Shown: positions 36,320 through 49,086 of the stretch, piece by piece | How positions within the stretch are numbered: the stretch's first letter is position 1 | Layout: every line of letters begins with the position of its first letter | From: Eledone cirrhosa | Lineage: Eukaryota | Assembly: GCA_964016885.1 (NCBI GenBank) | Contig: OZ024740.1 | Span: 57,722,001-57,786,000, forward strand | Direction of reading: 5' to 3' | Length of the DNA stretch: 64,000 bases | Position numbers and translations under genes: made by a program | The notes under the pieces: model-generated | What the model saw: the letters and a program-made list of their open reading frames with translations, nothing else | The model's database searches: none | What the model was told of the DNA's origin: nothing

Positions 36320-39300
36320 TTTATGAGGGGTAGAGAGGCCCCTTGAGTCTAGTAAGACATCCTCTCTAGTGCTGGTGGCACAAATAAAAGCACCCAGTCC
36401 ATGCTGTAAAGTGGCGCTGGTGTTAGGAAGGGCATCCAACCAGTGTATCAATGCCAAAACGCTTATCAGCACAGCAACAAATAGGAACAACAACAAAATA
36501 TGAAGACGTCGCATCTCAGAGTTGCAACACTTAATGTTGGCACTCTCAGAGGTAGATCTGCTGAAATAGCGGAGATGCTGGAGAGAAGGCAGGTGGATGT
36601 GTGCTGCGTGCAAGAGGTGAGATGGAGAGGTGCCTCTGCGAGACTAGGCGTAGGCAAGCGTCTTAGCTATAAGCTATTCTGGGTAGGTAAGGATGATGGG
36701 CTAGGGGGAGTAGGCATTTTCCTGGCTGAGAAATGGATCAATAAGACAATAGAGGTAGTTCGAGTTAGTAATCGAATAATTAAGCTTAGATTAGTTGTAG
36801 GTAGGAGACTACTGACAATCATCTCGGTCTATGCTCCCCAAGCAGGCCTAGGCAAAGATGAGAAAGACTGCTTTTATGAGCAACTTTTGCAAACAACCGC
36901 AATGACAGAGGACGGAGACATCGTTATGCTAGCAGGTGACTTCAATGGTCATGTTGGACAGCTCCAGGATGGTTACACTGGGGTACATGGTGGGCACGGT
37001 TACGGTTCAAGAAATGAAGAAGGAGTGAGACTTCTTGAATTTTGTGATGCGAGTACATTGACTATTTGCAACACAAACTTCCAGAAACCTGCCAATCACC
37101 TAATAACCTACAAATCTGGTGAGCACATAAGCCAGATTGACTTCTTGCTAGTTAGGCAGCAGGACAGGCAGATAGTGTCTAATACCAAGGCATACCTTGG
37201 GGAAGAATGTACCCCACAGCATAGGTTAGTTGTTAGTGATATCTCAGTAAGCAAGAGATGGAATGAGACATATAGGAAGGTATGGAGAAGAAAGGTCTGG
37301 AAGCTAAAAGACCTTTCACTAAAATACAAATTTAGGAAAGCCCTTCAAGATGTATATGACGAAAAAGAAGACGATTTAGAGACGTATGACATAGATAATA
37401 ACTGGAATTTCTTACGTGACAACTTGCTGCAGGCTACTGATGAAACCTGTGGCTGGAGCAGAGCTCCAACCAGACAGAGAGTGACCTAGTGGTGGAACAG
37501 CACAGTAGATAAGGCTATTAGAAACAAAAGACTAGCATGGAAGGCTTGGAAAAAGGGTGGGAGTAGGGAAGAATATACAGCCACTAAGAGAGAAGCTAGA
37601 CGTCAGGTGTACTTAGCACGCAGGGAGGCGGAGAGTAGGAGGTTTGCCAATGTTCTGCGACGGGAAGATCAGAGGCGTGCGGTGTTCCACATTGCAAGGC
37701 AGTGTGTCAATGCAAATCAGGATGTTGTTGGAGATAAATGTGTCCGGGATGATGCCGGTGTACTTAGTGTCACGAATGATCAGAAAAAGGAGGCCTGGAA
37801 ATGTCATTATGAGAGACTGATGAATGTGGAGAACGAATGGGAGAGAGAGAAATTACCCTTGGTAGATCTGACAGAGGGACCAGCCATTGAGATTGACGAA
37901 TATAGGGTCCAAGAGGCGATTAGGGAAATGAAAAATGGTAAGGCGGCCGGACCATCGGGAATAGTTGCTGAGATGCTGAAGGCATCAGGGGACGTAGGCA
38001 CTAAACTGGTTGCACGCATCATCAATCAGGCTATATATGGTGGTGTCATACCCAAAGACTGGTGCAGCAGTATTCTCATAAATTGCTACAAAGGTAAAGG
38101 GGATGCTTTGGAGAGGAGCAATTATAGGGGTATAAAACTGATAGATCAGGTTATGAAAGTGGCAGAAAGGATTTTAGCACAACTAATTAGAGAAAGGGTC
38201 AAACTAGATGAGATGCAGTTTGGTTTTGTGCCTGGGAAGAGTACAACAGATGCCCTCTTCTTGGTGAGACAAATGCAAGAGAGGTTCTTAGAGAAGAATA
38301 AGCCACTATACTTAGCCTTTGTTGACCTAGAGAAGGCCGTTGATAGGGTACCCCGATCTGTCATCTGGTGGTCCCTAAGGAAGCTAGGTGTTGAGGAATG
38401 GCTTGTGAGGACAGTGCAAACTTTGTACAGAGGTACTCTCAGTAAAGTCAGGGTAGGAATGGAGTTTAGTGAGGAATTCCAGATACAAGTAGGAGTACAT
38501 CAGGGTTCGGTCCTCAGCCCGCTCTTGTTCATTATAGTCCTCCAAGCCATAACAGAGGAGTTTAAGACTGGCTGTCCATGGGAACTTCTCTATGCTGACG
38601 ATCTGGTTCTTATAGCAGAATCAGTAGAGGAGCTAGAGAATAAATTCTGGCTATGGAAACAGCAGTTGGAAGCAAGAGGACTGAGAGTGAATCTAGCTAA
38701 GACAAAAGTGTTGATGAGTAGAAAAGAGGACAAAACCCTGATTCCGTCAGGGAAATGGCCATGTTCGATATGCAGAAAAAGAACTGGCATAAATTCTATA
38801 AAATGCACACAATGCAGATCCTGGGTACACAAGAGATGTAGCGGGATAGCAGGCAAACTAACAGGTAGGGAGAAATATGTATGCAGTAGATGTACAGGGA
38901 AATTAGACAGTAGAAGTCGCACTGATAGACACATTTTTCAAATGCGAGAGGGCGCTATAGAAGTGGTGGATAGCTTCCGGTACCTAGGAGATCAGATTAG
39001 CATGGGAGGAGGGTGTTCCGAGGCCATAGTATCTAGAATAAGGACGGGTTGGAAGAAGTTTAGGGAGCTGCTTCCTCTGTTGACGAAGAAGGGTTTCTGC
39101 CTGCGTACGAAAGGCCGGTTGTATGATGCCTGTGTGAAGAGCGCGATGCTGCATGGTAGTGAGACATGGGCAGCAACTGCAGAGGATATGCGATGGCTGG
39201 AGAGAAATGAGGCAAGCATGCTCCGTTGGATGTGCAGTGTAAATGTGCGTGAACGACCCAGCATAAATGTGTTGAGAGAGAAACTGTGTCTGAGAGGGAT

Positions 39301-39594
39301 AGAATGTAGTGTACGGGAGAGGAGACTGAGGTGGTATGGACATGTGATGCGCATGGAGGATGACCGATGGGTGAAGAAGTGCCAGGAAATGCCAGTTGAA
39401 GGAAGACGTGGTAGAGGTAGACCACGAAAAACATGGGCGGAGGTGGTGAGAACAGACCTCAGATCATTGAAGCTCACGGTGGAGATGACGAGGGACCGTG
39501 ACGAGTGGAGAGATGCTGTGCTGAATAAGACCCGTCCCACCCTTGCAAGCAGGGAAAAGCGGACGTAAAATGATGATGATGATGATGATGATGA
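36320..39594 (+). mobile_element. Near full-length RTE-clade LINE (family A)
   Basis: 5'UTR with head motif (36369-36440), single APE-RT frame, (TGA)n tail at 39571-39594. The 5' boundary is approximate and no clear TSD was found. Confidence 0.97.
36500..39568 (+). pseudogene. RTE ORF: APE endonuclease + reverse transcriptase with internal PHD-type finger; one in-frame TAG at 37487-37489
   Basis: APE motifs ATLNV, VQE, VYAP, GDFN, IDF, QH; RT motifs NYRGI, QFGF, FVDLEKA, QGSVLSP, YADD, YLG. ORFs 36500-37489 and 37607-39568 are in the same frame and joined by 39 open codons (WWNSTVDKA...). Confidence 0.95.
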
Positions 39595-40460
39595 CAAGAC
39601 ATGTGGATATTTTTATAAGAAGAATATTATCAACATCATTTTTACTTCCATTTTTCCATGATTGCATGAGTTGGACAGGCCATCTGCAACAGTGTCTCAC
39701 TACTTGTTGCATTCTTTTGTCATCACCTTCTTAAGCTTCATCTTTCTGAGATTAGCTTTCATCACTTCTGCCCATGCATTTCTCAGTCATTGGAGTATAT
39801 CAAATTTAATTAATTTCTCAATGCAGCAGCAAATGTTTTAAGGCTAAAGCAGAAATTAACCTTTCAGGTGCAAAGTACTATGCCTATAATAGGATCTTTT
39901 TTTAATAAAAAAAAATATATTACAGCCAGATGCCCTTCTTGTTGCCAACTCTTTTAGATGCCTCTTACAACACACAGGGATATAATGTACCAATTCTAAA
40001 CCAGGTACACACAGTATTAATGAGCCCTCAATCTACTACTTATTTTACTAACCCCAACTAAAGTCAACCGTAGGGGAATGTGAATTCAGTTTAGTATAGT
40101 GTTCAACTAAATAGAATAATACACTGCATTCCCAATGTTTCAACTAACTCAATTATATATTTTTAACAACATAATTATTAAAACTTTTCCTAACATCAAA
40201 ATGTATAAATGTGTCTCTCATTCTAATCCTCTTTACACTGACCTAGAAAAGATAAGCAGTTGTTTTTCCAAATTAATTCTTTATAACCACAGATGTTTCT
40301 CTAAGATCTCTAATCTCTTAACACAATCTTTCAGATTTTCTCAACACCTTTTATAACAACCCTCTAAAGACTGCCCATGGCTCTATAATATAAAACCTCT
40401 AATTTTAACTTGTTCATGTTTAAATTAGAACATTCCATCATAATTTTAATTAAAAACCTT

Positions 40461-40805
40461 ATCATCATCATCATCATTTCATTTTACATCCGCTTTTTCC
40501 CTGCTTGCAAGGGTGGGACGGGAACTGATTCTGGCTTGATTTCTACAGCTGGATGCCTTTCCTAACACCAACCTCATTTACAGTGAGTGCTGGGTGCTTT
40601 TTTGCCGTGGCACCTCCACAACCACTTTGCAGTGGAATGATAGGGACCCCAGTCTCTATCATCTCATTTCTACAGCTGAGTAAACTGGAGCAATGTGAAA
40701 TAAAGTGTCTTGCTCAAGGAAACAACACATCACCCGGTCTGAGAATTGAACTTACAATCTTTCGATTGCAAGGCTAATGCTCTAACCTCTAAGCCATGTG
40801 CCTCC
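40461..40805 (-). mobile_element. Full-length SINE S1 with RTE-A tail
   Basis: Reverse complement is collinear with 51086-51426; it interrupts an older AT-rich repeat. Confidence 0.9.
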
Positions 40806-41662
40806 CTTATGTTAAGTTATTTTCAAAATACCACCTTAATATTGAAAAAGTCAAATTCTTGATAATGTTCAAAACTATATGAAATAAATACAGCATAAAA
40901 AAATACAGCAGCAAAAGGATTTTAAAGATCTCTCAATAATAAGAAGCATCTTCAATAATATAGCATTCAGTTAACCATTAAGCTGCTTTAGCTAATCTTC
41001 AACTTGTTATCATTAAATTACTAATGAAATGTGGATACACATGGCTGAATTTTTAAGAAGTTTACTTCACAATCTCAAGTTTAATCACACTGTGTAGCAT
41101 CTCAGGTAAGTGTCATTTGCAGAAGCCCCAGGCTCACATGAGCTTTATGAATAGAACTGTGTAGAGAGAAACTGTCTGGAAGCCTGTCATAAGGACTGTA
41201 CATATAATTGAAAGAGCCAGCCATGTAATGTTCTTTGACAATTATTGGTAGCATCTGAGTTATTATTAGTAAATGGAGAATTCTTTTGAAGTGAACAAGT
41301 CAGTGTGATGCTGAAGCTCCCTGATAATTACGTTAAGGGTACACATGTCTGTAGAATGTTCAACCATTTGTACATTAATTTCACAAGTTGGCTGTTCCAT
41401 TGAACAAATAACTGGAACATTTATTAACAAAACCAGTAGAGGTCTATTCTAATCCATTCTAAGCATTGAGATTGTTGCCAATTTTCTGAATCTCTAAAAA
41501 GACTGAAATGAAAAAAAAAAACATCCTCTTAACCCTTGCATTACCATATTTCTAATACAAAACACTGCCTGGGGTTTTCAAATAATTTTTAACAGTCAAT
41601 GATGTGGAAAGATTTTGTAATAAAACAAACTTTCTCTGTTTAAATGCTAAAGGGTTAATCTT

Positions 41663-41890
41663 GAGGGCAGTGGATTGGCAGAATTGTTAGTGCTTCAGAT
41701 GAAATGCATTGCAGTATTTTGTTATGGCTGTCTACATTCTGGTTTCAAATCCCACTGAGGTTAACTTTTCCTTTCATCTTTCCGAGGTCAATAAAATAAA
41801 GTACTAGTAAAGTACTGGGGTCGATAGAATCACCCCCCACCCCACCCAAAAAATTGTCGGCTTTGTACCTAAATTAGACATCCTTATTAA
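41663..41890 (+). mobile_element. SINE S3 full-length
   Basis: gggcagtggattggcagaa head, S3 core. Confidence 0.8.
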
Positions 41891-42552
41891 TCTGGTGTTT
41901 CGAACATAAATTTAAAAAGTATCTTACATAAAGATATGATAGAAGGTTTTTAGATAAATATAAACATTTTAAAATGAGTTCTGTATCATAAAACCAACTG
42001 TAGTTTCAGGTGTGCAATAAGAACAAATACTGTTATTGAAAACTATATTCAACTTTGACTTGTTCACTTCAAAAGAATTCTCCATTTACTAATAATAACT
42101 CAGATGCTACCAATAATTGTCAAAGAACATTACTCTTCAAAAGGTCTATTAAATTTTCCACAACTATATTTCTGTCAAAAGTAGAAATACAATATAGAAC
42201 ATTGCACAGCAATGAGCTACATTTCACTTCTAATTATTAAAATAGTTACAAAAGTTACACCTTCAATTTTTAGAACATAAATTATTGACATATGAATACC
42301 AGGCATTGACTAACCATTTCCTTTTCATGCCAGTCACTACTGAGACTTCTGGTGTTCTTGGTTGCCTGGACTGCTATTTTTTACTGACAGATCAGAATGA
42401 GGGCATGACATCTGAAGAAATAGCCCTGTGAATTGGAATGGCTGAAACAGTGGGTATCGCTGGCTCTTTTCCATGGCAATGCTTTAACTAACTTGTCGGC
42501 ATTGTAGCCATGGGGGTAGAATCCCTCTTTTCCTTTCTTTCCTCTTTTCGGT

Positions 42553-43335
42553 CTGAGTTCAAATCCCGCCGAGGTTAACTTTGCCTTTCATCCTTTCGGG
42601 GTCGATAAAATAAAGTACCAGTAATGCACTGGGTAATTGCTGACCTTGTGCCAAAGTAGAAACAATTATTGTATTCTAAAGGGTGGTAGATTGACAGTAT
42701 CGGTATAGTATCGGACAACATGCATTGCAGCATAGAGTTACAGCCCTTTATGTTCTGAGTTCAAATCCCGCTGAAGTTAGCTTTACCTTTCATCCTTTCA
42801 GGGTTGATGAAATAAAGTACCAGTAATGCACTAGAGTCGATCTAATCGACTTTTCCCTCCTTCACAATTGCTGGCCTTGTGCCTAAATCAGAAACTATTA
42901 TTGGTTTTTAAGGTGATTAATTGTCAGAATAAGTAGACCATTGGACGACATGCTGTGAGGCATAGAGTTATGCCCCTTTACATTCTGAGTTCAAATTTTG
43001 CTGAGGTTAGCTTTGCTTTTCATCCTTACGAGGTTGATAAAATAAAGCACCAGTAATGCACTGGGGTTGATTTAATTGATTTTCCTCTTTCCTACAATTG
43101 CTGGCCTTGTGCCTAAATCAGACATCATTATTATATTTTAAAGGGCAGTGAATTGGCAGTATCAGTAGAGCATCAGACACCATACTTTACAGCATAGAGG
43201 TATGACCCTTTATGTTCTGAGTTCAAATCCCGCCGAGGTTAACTTTCCCTTTCATCCTTACAGGGTCGATAAAATAAAGTACCAGTAATGCACTGGGTTA
43301 TTGCTGGCCTTGTGCCAAAAGTAGAAACAATTATT
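42553..43335 (+). mobile_element. Head-to-tail array of four S3 SINEs
   Basis: Copies at about 42553-42670, 42680-42901, 42910-43132 and 43142-43335. Confidence 0.9.
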
Positions 43336-44547
43336 GTATTCTAAATGTATCTTGACAAATTGTTAATGCAATTAAGTCAATAATTAAACTATCATACTTT
43401 TTTTTTGTTTTTCCAAGAATATCAATACTCAGCATAAATGTTGTACAATTACTAATTCTAACAAACCTCAAGCTGAAGTTATTAATGCTAATAATGAACT
43501 GGTTCTCTATTTTACAATAGTTCTTTTTTTTTTTCGTTTAACAGAAAAATATGATTAACCTTTAAAGTTAAACAAAAGGTAAGAATAGTCTTCAACATGT
43601 ATTGTCCACACTTAATCATAATCAATGTAGTATCTTACTATGACATAGTAAGTAGGCTTAGTATTTACTATATTCACTGATAGTGCCAAACATAGTTCAT
43701 TTGTTAGATATAAGAAAAGAACTGAAATTCTACATACAGTAAATATGTATATCAGTAATTGGCAATTAAATACAGATACGAGGAAGTAATTGTAACATGA
43801 TTGGAGTTTCAACTTCTGTATTTTCTTTGAGCATTCGTGAATTCCCTACCACCACCACCACCATCACGCCCACAACTACTTTCTATGTTCTCATCAAGAT
43901 CAATCAACACTACCTCATGGGAGATTGGTTAAACCTATTGCAGGTGTGAGCCATAGCAATAACAACACAAACAGTGTGTGTGTGTGCATGCATGTGTGTG
44001 TGTGTGTGTGGGCACATACTTTTTGCTAATGTATATCAGTGAAAAATATAACCATTACTGAGAAAAAAAAAAGTGTTTTTCCAAACAAAGTCCCATGTGA
44101 TATTTGTTCTGTACAGATAACATAGACACCCGTTTGTCACTCACACCATCAGAAATGTAGTGAACCAATGATGAGCCTACTGGAAACTTATAACCAACAA
44201 TACTATTATTTACCAATTGTTATATGAAATACAATGTATAGATAAATCAATGTTATGAAGAGAAGCTGTATTTTATTTACTTATCTAGAATGTGCAAGCA
44301 AGATGTGGTCATCTGACATGTTTAGGCAGGCAGTACTAAGAACTGACTCGCACTGTGACGATCTGTCCAACTTATGTCAGCAAGGAAATTAGATGCGTGA
44401 TGATGATGATGATAATCTGATCAAATTTTATTTATATAGATATCAAAATGGTAAGAGGACTTGACTGCCTGCTTATGATTTCTGAATTTGTGAACATATG
44501 TCTAATGAAATATACTAGGTCTTCCAAAAGTGATAGAGTTACAGGTT

Positions 44548-45853
44548 CATCATCATCATCATCATCAACGTTTAACGTCCGTGTTCCACGCTTGCATGGG
44601 TTTGGACGGGGGTAGTCCCACTTGAGGCAAGAGTGATTGTCTTGCTCGCATAGGACTGTCTGGCAGGTTTTCTACAGTTGGATGCCCTTCCTAACACCAA
44701 CCACATTTACAGTGTGGGTCTGGGAAGTTTTTACCGTGTTGTCTACACGGCCACATTACAGCGTGGACTGTGTGTTTTTTTGTCGTGACACCTACACGAT
44801 CTCATTTGTTTCGGCCTGGATGGCGCGGCACCAACATAACTTTACATAGGACGGGGTGGTGTGGACGGGTGGGGGTGGTGGCGGGACGGGGTGTATTTTG
44901 TTAGAGATGCCTACTGGCAAGGCGGGTCTTCTCTGTTACTGAGTACCGCCAAAGGTCTCGGTCCAGTGACATTGTCTTGGAGAGGTGTAAGTGTGTGAGG
45001 TCGGAGTTTATCAGCTCGTCCCAGGTTTTTCTAGGTCTGCCTATTCCGTGGCTACCGTCTATCTTTATTGCCCTGCACTTTGTTATACAGCTATCGACTT
45101 TCATGCGCATCACGTGTCCATACCAACGTAGCCTTCTCTCGAGTAAACAACATCTGATCCCTCTTATCTCTAATTTTTTCCTTAGTTCGTTTATGCTTTG
45201 CCGTTCACGTATATTACTGTTACACATCCAGCGGAGCATGCAAGCTTCGTTCCTCTCTAGTCTGCGTATATCCTCTGCACACAATGCCCAGGTCTCACTG
45301 CCATGCAACATTGCTGTTCGTATGCAGGCATCGTACAACCTGCCTTTCATTTTTAGGGAGAACCCTTTAGCAGCTAATAGTGGTATAAGCTCTCTGAACT
45401 TTTTCCAACCAGTTCTGACTCTAGCTACAGTACTTTCAGAGCACCCTCCCCCACTGCTGATTTTATCGCCCAGGTAACGGAAGCTGTCCATTATTTCTAT
45501 AGAACCCTCTGCGCAATTGAAAGAGCTAGTATTTTGTGGGCACTTGCTGCTACTTATTGCACCAGAACACCGGCCACATGTAAAATCTATGTTCTTAGTT
45601 AGCTTACCTGTGATCCCACTACATCTTTTATGCACCCATACTTTGCATTTAGGACATAAAATGGAGTTTCTACCTACGCCTTTCCTACACACCGAGCACG
45701 ACCATTTCCCAGAAGGGACCGCCGCCTTGTTTTCTTTCCTACAAACTAGAACTTTGGTCTTAGCCAGGTTAATTTTAAGTCCTTTTGACTCTAGGCCGTG
45801 CTTCCATGTTTGGAATTTCTTCTCTAGCTCGGCCATTGATTCCGCTATGAGTG
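44548..45853 (-). mobile_element. 5'-truncated RTE LINE (family B)
   Basis: ORF 44901-45881 (RTE homology from LIAES onward), 3'UTR and (GAT)n tail. Highly similar to 23679-25172. Confidence 0.95.
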
Positions 45854-46286
45854 CATACATAAAAATTCTGTTCATATTCAACTAATCTGTTACAGAATTC
45901 ACTCATAAGAGATTGATCAATAAAAGGCATTGGTCAGTAGAAGACATTCACTCCAGGTGCCATGCAGTGGAATCAAACTTGAAACCACATGGCTACAAAA
46001 TGAACTTTGAATCCCCACAACCATGTCTGCAGCTACCAGAAGGATTAAATCAACTTATGGTATCTCCACTGACTTTGATTCATATTCTTTCCATTTTAAA
46101 GAGGAGTGTTTTTCTAGAATCAAATATATCACTAGCTCAACTTTATATCGGTATGTATACATATGTAACCTCTCTCTATTTACATACATTAAAAATACAT
46201 TCACTCATCTCAGCTCAAACTATCTCACTAAACCTTCTTTTCATTAGGTTAACATTGTTATAGCTCATGAAACTGAATCCAATATA

Positions 46287-46580
46287 AGCACAGGCATGGC
46301 TGAATGGTCAAGCAGTTCGTTTTGCAACCACATGGATTTGGGTTCAGTCCCACTGCATTGCAGCTGTCTTAGCTTGATCAATGCCTTCTGATAGAAATTT
46401 AGTAGATAGAAACTGTATAGAAGCCTATCATATATATATATATGTATATATATATGTACATGTGTGAATGTACCAAACATGAAAGAAAATATGTACTGGT
46501 TTTGATATGATTGACTAAATCTCTTCAAGGCAGTGCTCCAGCATGGTTGCAGTCTAATGACTGAAACCAGTGAAAGAGTA
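46287..46580 (+). mobile_element. SINE S2
   Basis: gcacaggcatggctgaatggt...gggttcagtcccactgca head; tail ccagcatggttgcagtc. Confidence 0.7.
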
Positions 46581-47759
46581 AATATGAATACCCAACGTTG
46601 GTATAATTTTTTAATAATGTAAAAACTATTGTGTATAGTGGTGAGAGCAATCTTTAGAGAATATTTCAACTCTAAGAGAATCAATTACGAATTTAATACC
46701 AAAACTGATAATCAATATCTATTCGAAAAAAAAAAGAAAAATCAAATAACTCTTATTTTTAAGAAGAGTTAGTAAGTAATGTAATTACTCTAAAGTTAAG
46801 GAATAAAAAGGTGCACAGCTAAAGTGAATAAAAATATCTCTTGGCAACAGAGTAAAGGAAATTTGAAAATAGATCTTCTCCGTCTGCTGTCTCATTTATC
46901 ATTGCAAACAGACCTTTACTTTGTTTTGTCAAGTCAAAAGAACACACTTCACCACAAATTTTATTTCCTTGACTCTATTACAATCCCCAAAAATGCTATT
47001 CATAATAAAATATATTAAAAAAAAAGGTGTTTATCCACTAGCATTTAGCTATATAATATATTTACATTTCTCTGGTCTGTGCTGGACTATCTGTCTGTGA
47101 TGTATTTCTCTTATTGCATTCTTTCATCAAAATCAAAGCTATCTACACAATATTGAGATTCAACTTCTTCCTTTATCACTAGAGCACACGACACAGCAGC
47201 GTATAGATTCTAACATTATATTGATTGCATCAATGTTTTACATTACAATTCTTACTGCCAAGTCATTTAAACATTTTTCTTTCTTAGCTTAATTTAATTT
47301 TTTTCTCACAGACAACTTATTCAGTTAGTTGTATTAATTGGCTCATTATAAAATTGAATACTTCATTTATTACTCATCCATGAAATCTATCTTCCTTACA
47401 TGGGGGGTTATCCAGAAATGGAAATTAAGAAAATTAAATTTGGATGTTGTGGGGTTGTCAGTAAGGTTACCATCATACTGTTTCTTAAAGGGTCTGTAAT
47501 AAGAACATAATACAGAGATACTTCACAGTACGAGTTTAATTCCTTCCATGACTGAGCTTGTTTTACAATTTACTCGTTTTATAAATCAATTTTCCCCATT
47601 GAAATTAATTAAAATATAAATAATCCGTTCCAGCTCCCAAAACAACCCAAAAATCATTTTTTATGGGTTTTAAAGCAGAAAAGGAGCAGTTAGAAGGAAA
47701 AACATAATAAAAGAGAATGCAAAAGAAATATGTAAACTGGTTTTATTATTGTATGAAAC

Positions 47760-47976
47760 AGGGCGGTGGATTGCCAGTATCTGTAGAGGGTCAGACACCA
47801 TGCTTTGCGGCATAGAGTTACGGCCCTTTACGATCCGAGTTCAAATTCCACCGAGGTTAATTTTGCCTTTCATCCTTATGGGGGTCGATAAAATAAAGTA
47901 CCAGTAATATACTGGGGCCGATTTAATCGACTTTCCCTCCCCCAAAATTGCTGGCCTTGTGCCTATATAAGAAACC
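47760..47976 (+). mobile_element. SINE S3 full-length with 15-bp TSD
   Basis: TSD attattgtatgaaac at 47745-47759 and 47977-47991. Confidence 0.92.
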
Positions 47977-49044
47977 ATTATTGTATGAAACTTACTCGCA
48001 CTGTGGATTTCCACTCGTACTACAAGACAAAAATTCACACAAGCCTCGGCTCGTACAATGGGGCACTTGTACTGCGAGGTTCTACTGTACTAAAAAGCTT
48101 GTGTTGAGTTTAACAAAATTTCATTTGAAAGATAAAAATCTATGATAATAAAAGTAACACATGGCAGACAAATTTATGAAAAGAAAACTAAAAAGAAAAA
48201 AATATAAAATATATTCAAATCCAACGAAACCTGCTTTAGTAAAATATGAAACCGAGACATTGAATTCGGCAAGAGCTCAAGAGGGAGAGGAAAGACAATG
48301 AACCTAACTGATTCATAAGTACAAATATGAACCAATGAAGAAACCTATCCATGGTCACTCAACCTTCTAAAAATGGCAGCCAATATGTCTTCAAATTACT
48401 TGTCGCCTTTTTAAAATAAAAAAAAAGGACAAATTTGATAAGGTTATCTGGCACAGAGGAAAAAGATTGGAAAAGACAGGAAAGCCTATGATCATAGTTC
48501 TGCTTGATTAGAGCTGATCTAAGGTTAAACAACTAATAAAAAAACAGTGTATTACACTATAGATTTTCTAATTACCTCCCCTTTACCCTTAGAACTCGTA
48601 TATATAATGAGACACCCCAGAAGTAAATCCATCAAAACATGACAAATTGAGAATTTGGTGTTACTTAACATGCAAATGAAACATATCTGCATTATGAAAT
48701 TGTAGTATTTCCATTTTATTGTACATCATAACCCATATTATTAGTATTGTACATAACTCGTCCAACAGAGTGTATGCTCAGACCCTTTTGATATTTTTTA
48801 CCAAGTTAGGTTGGATAGAAATCTCCTGCCGTTTTTTAAAAAAAAGAAGTATTTTGGTAGAATTTTCTGGAAATATTGAAGGTTGCGCATGCACACATAT
48901 ATAAGAAGTGACATTGGTGTACACTATGTACATTTCTCATTTTCTGTTATGCCATCAAAGAGGAAGCAACATGGATCTATCCAAATTGTTCATTCACACA
49001 CACATATACATATACACACACTCACAAAAGAACACACAGGCATA

Positions 49045-49086
<42 letters not shown>

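Noticed and set aside
36320-36440. HDV-like ribozyme in the RTE 5'UTR
   Set aside because: Known in some RTEs, but I could not build the nested double pseudoknot by eye; only the simple H-type pseudoknot is supported.
38992-39597. Long antisense ORFs over RTE copies (also 24803-25279, 44977-45477, 20397-20825)
   Set aside because: Shadow frames of RT coding sequence; no independent evidence.
46819-46974. Protein-like 51-codon frame (KGLFAMINETADGEDLFSNF)
   Set aside because: Length is expected by chance, with no start codon context or homology evidence.
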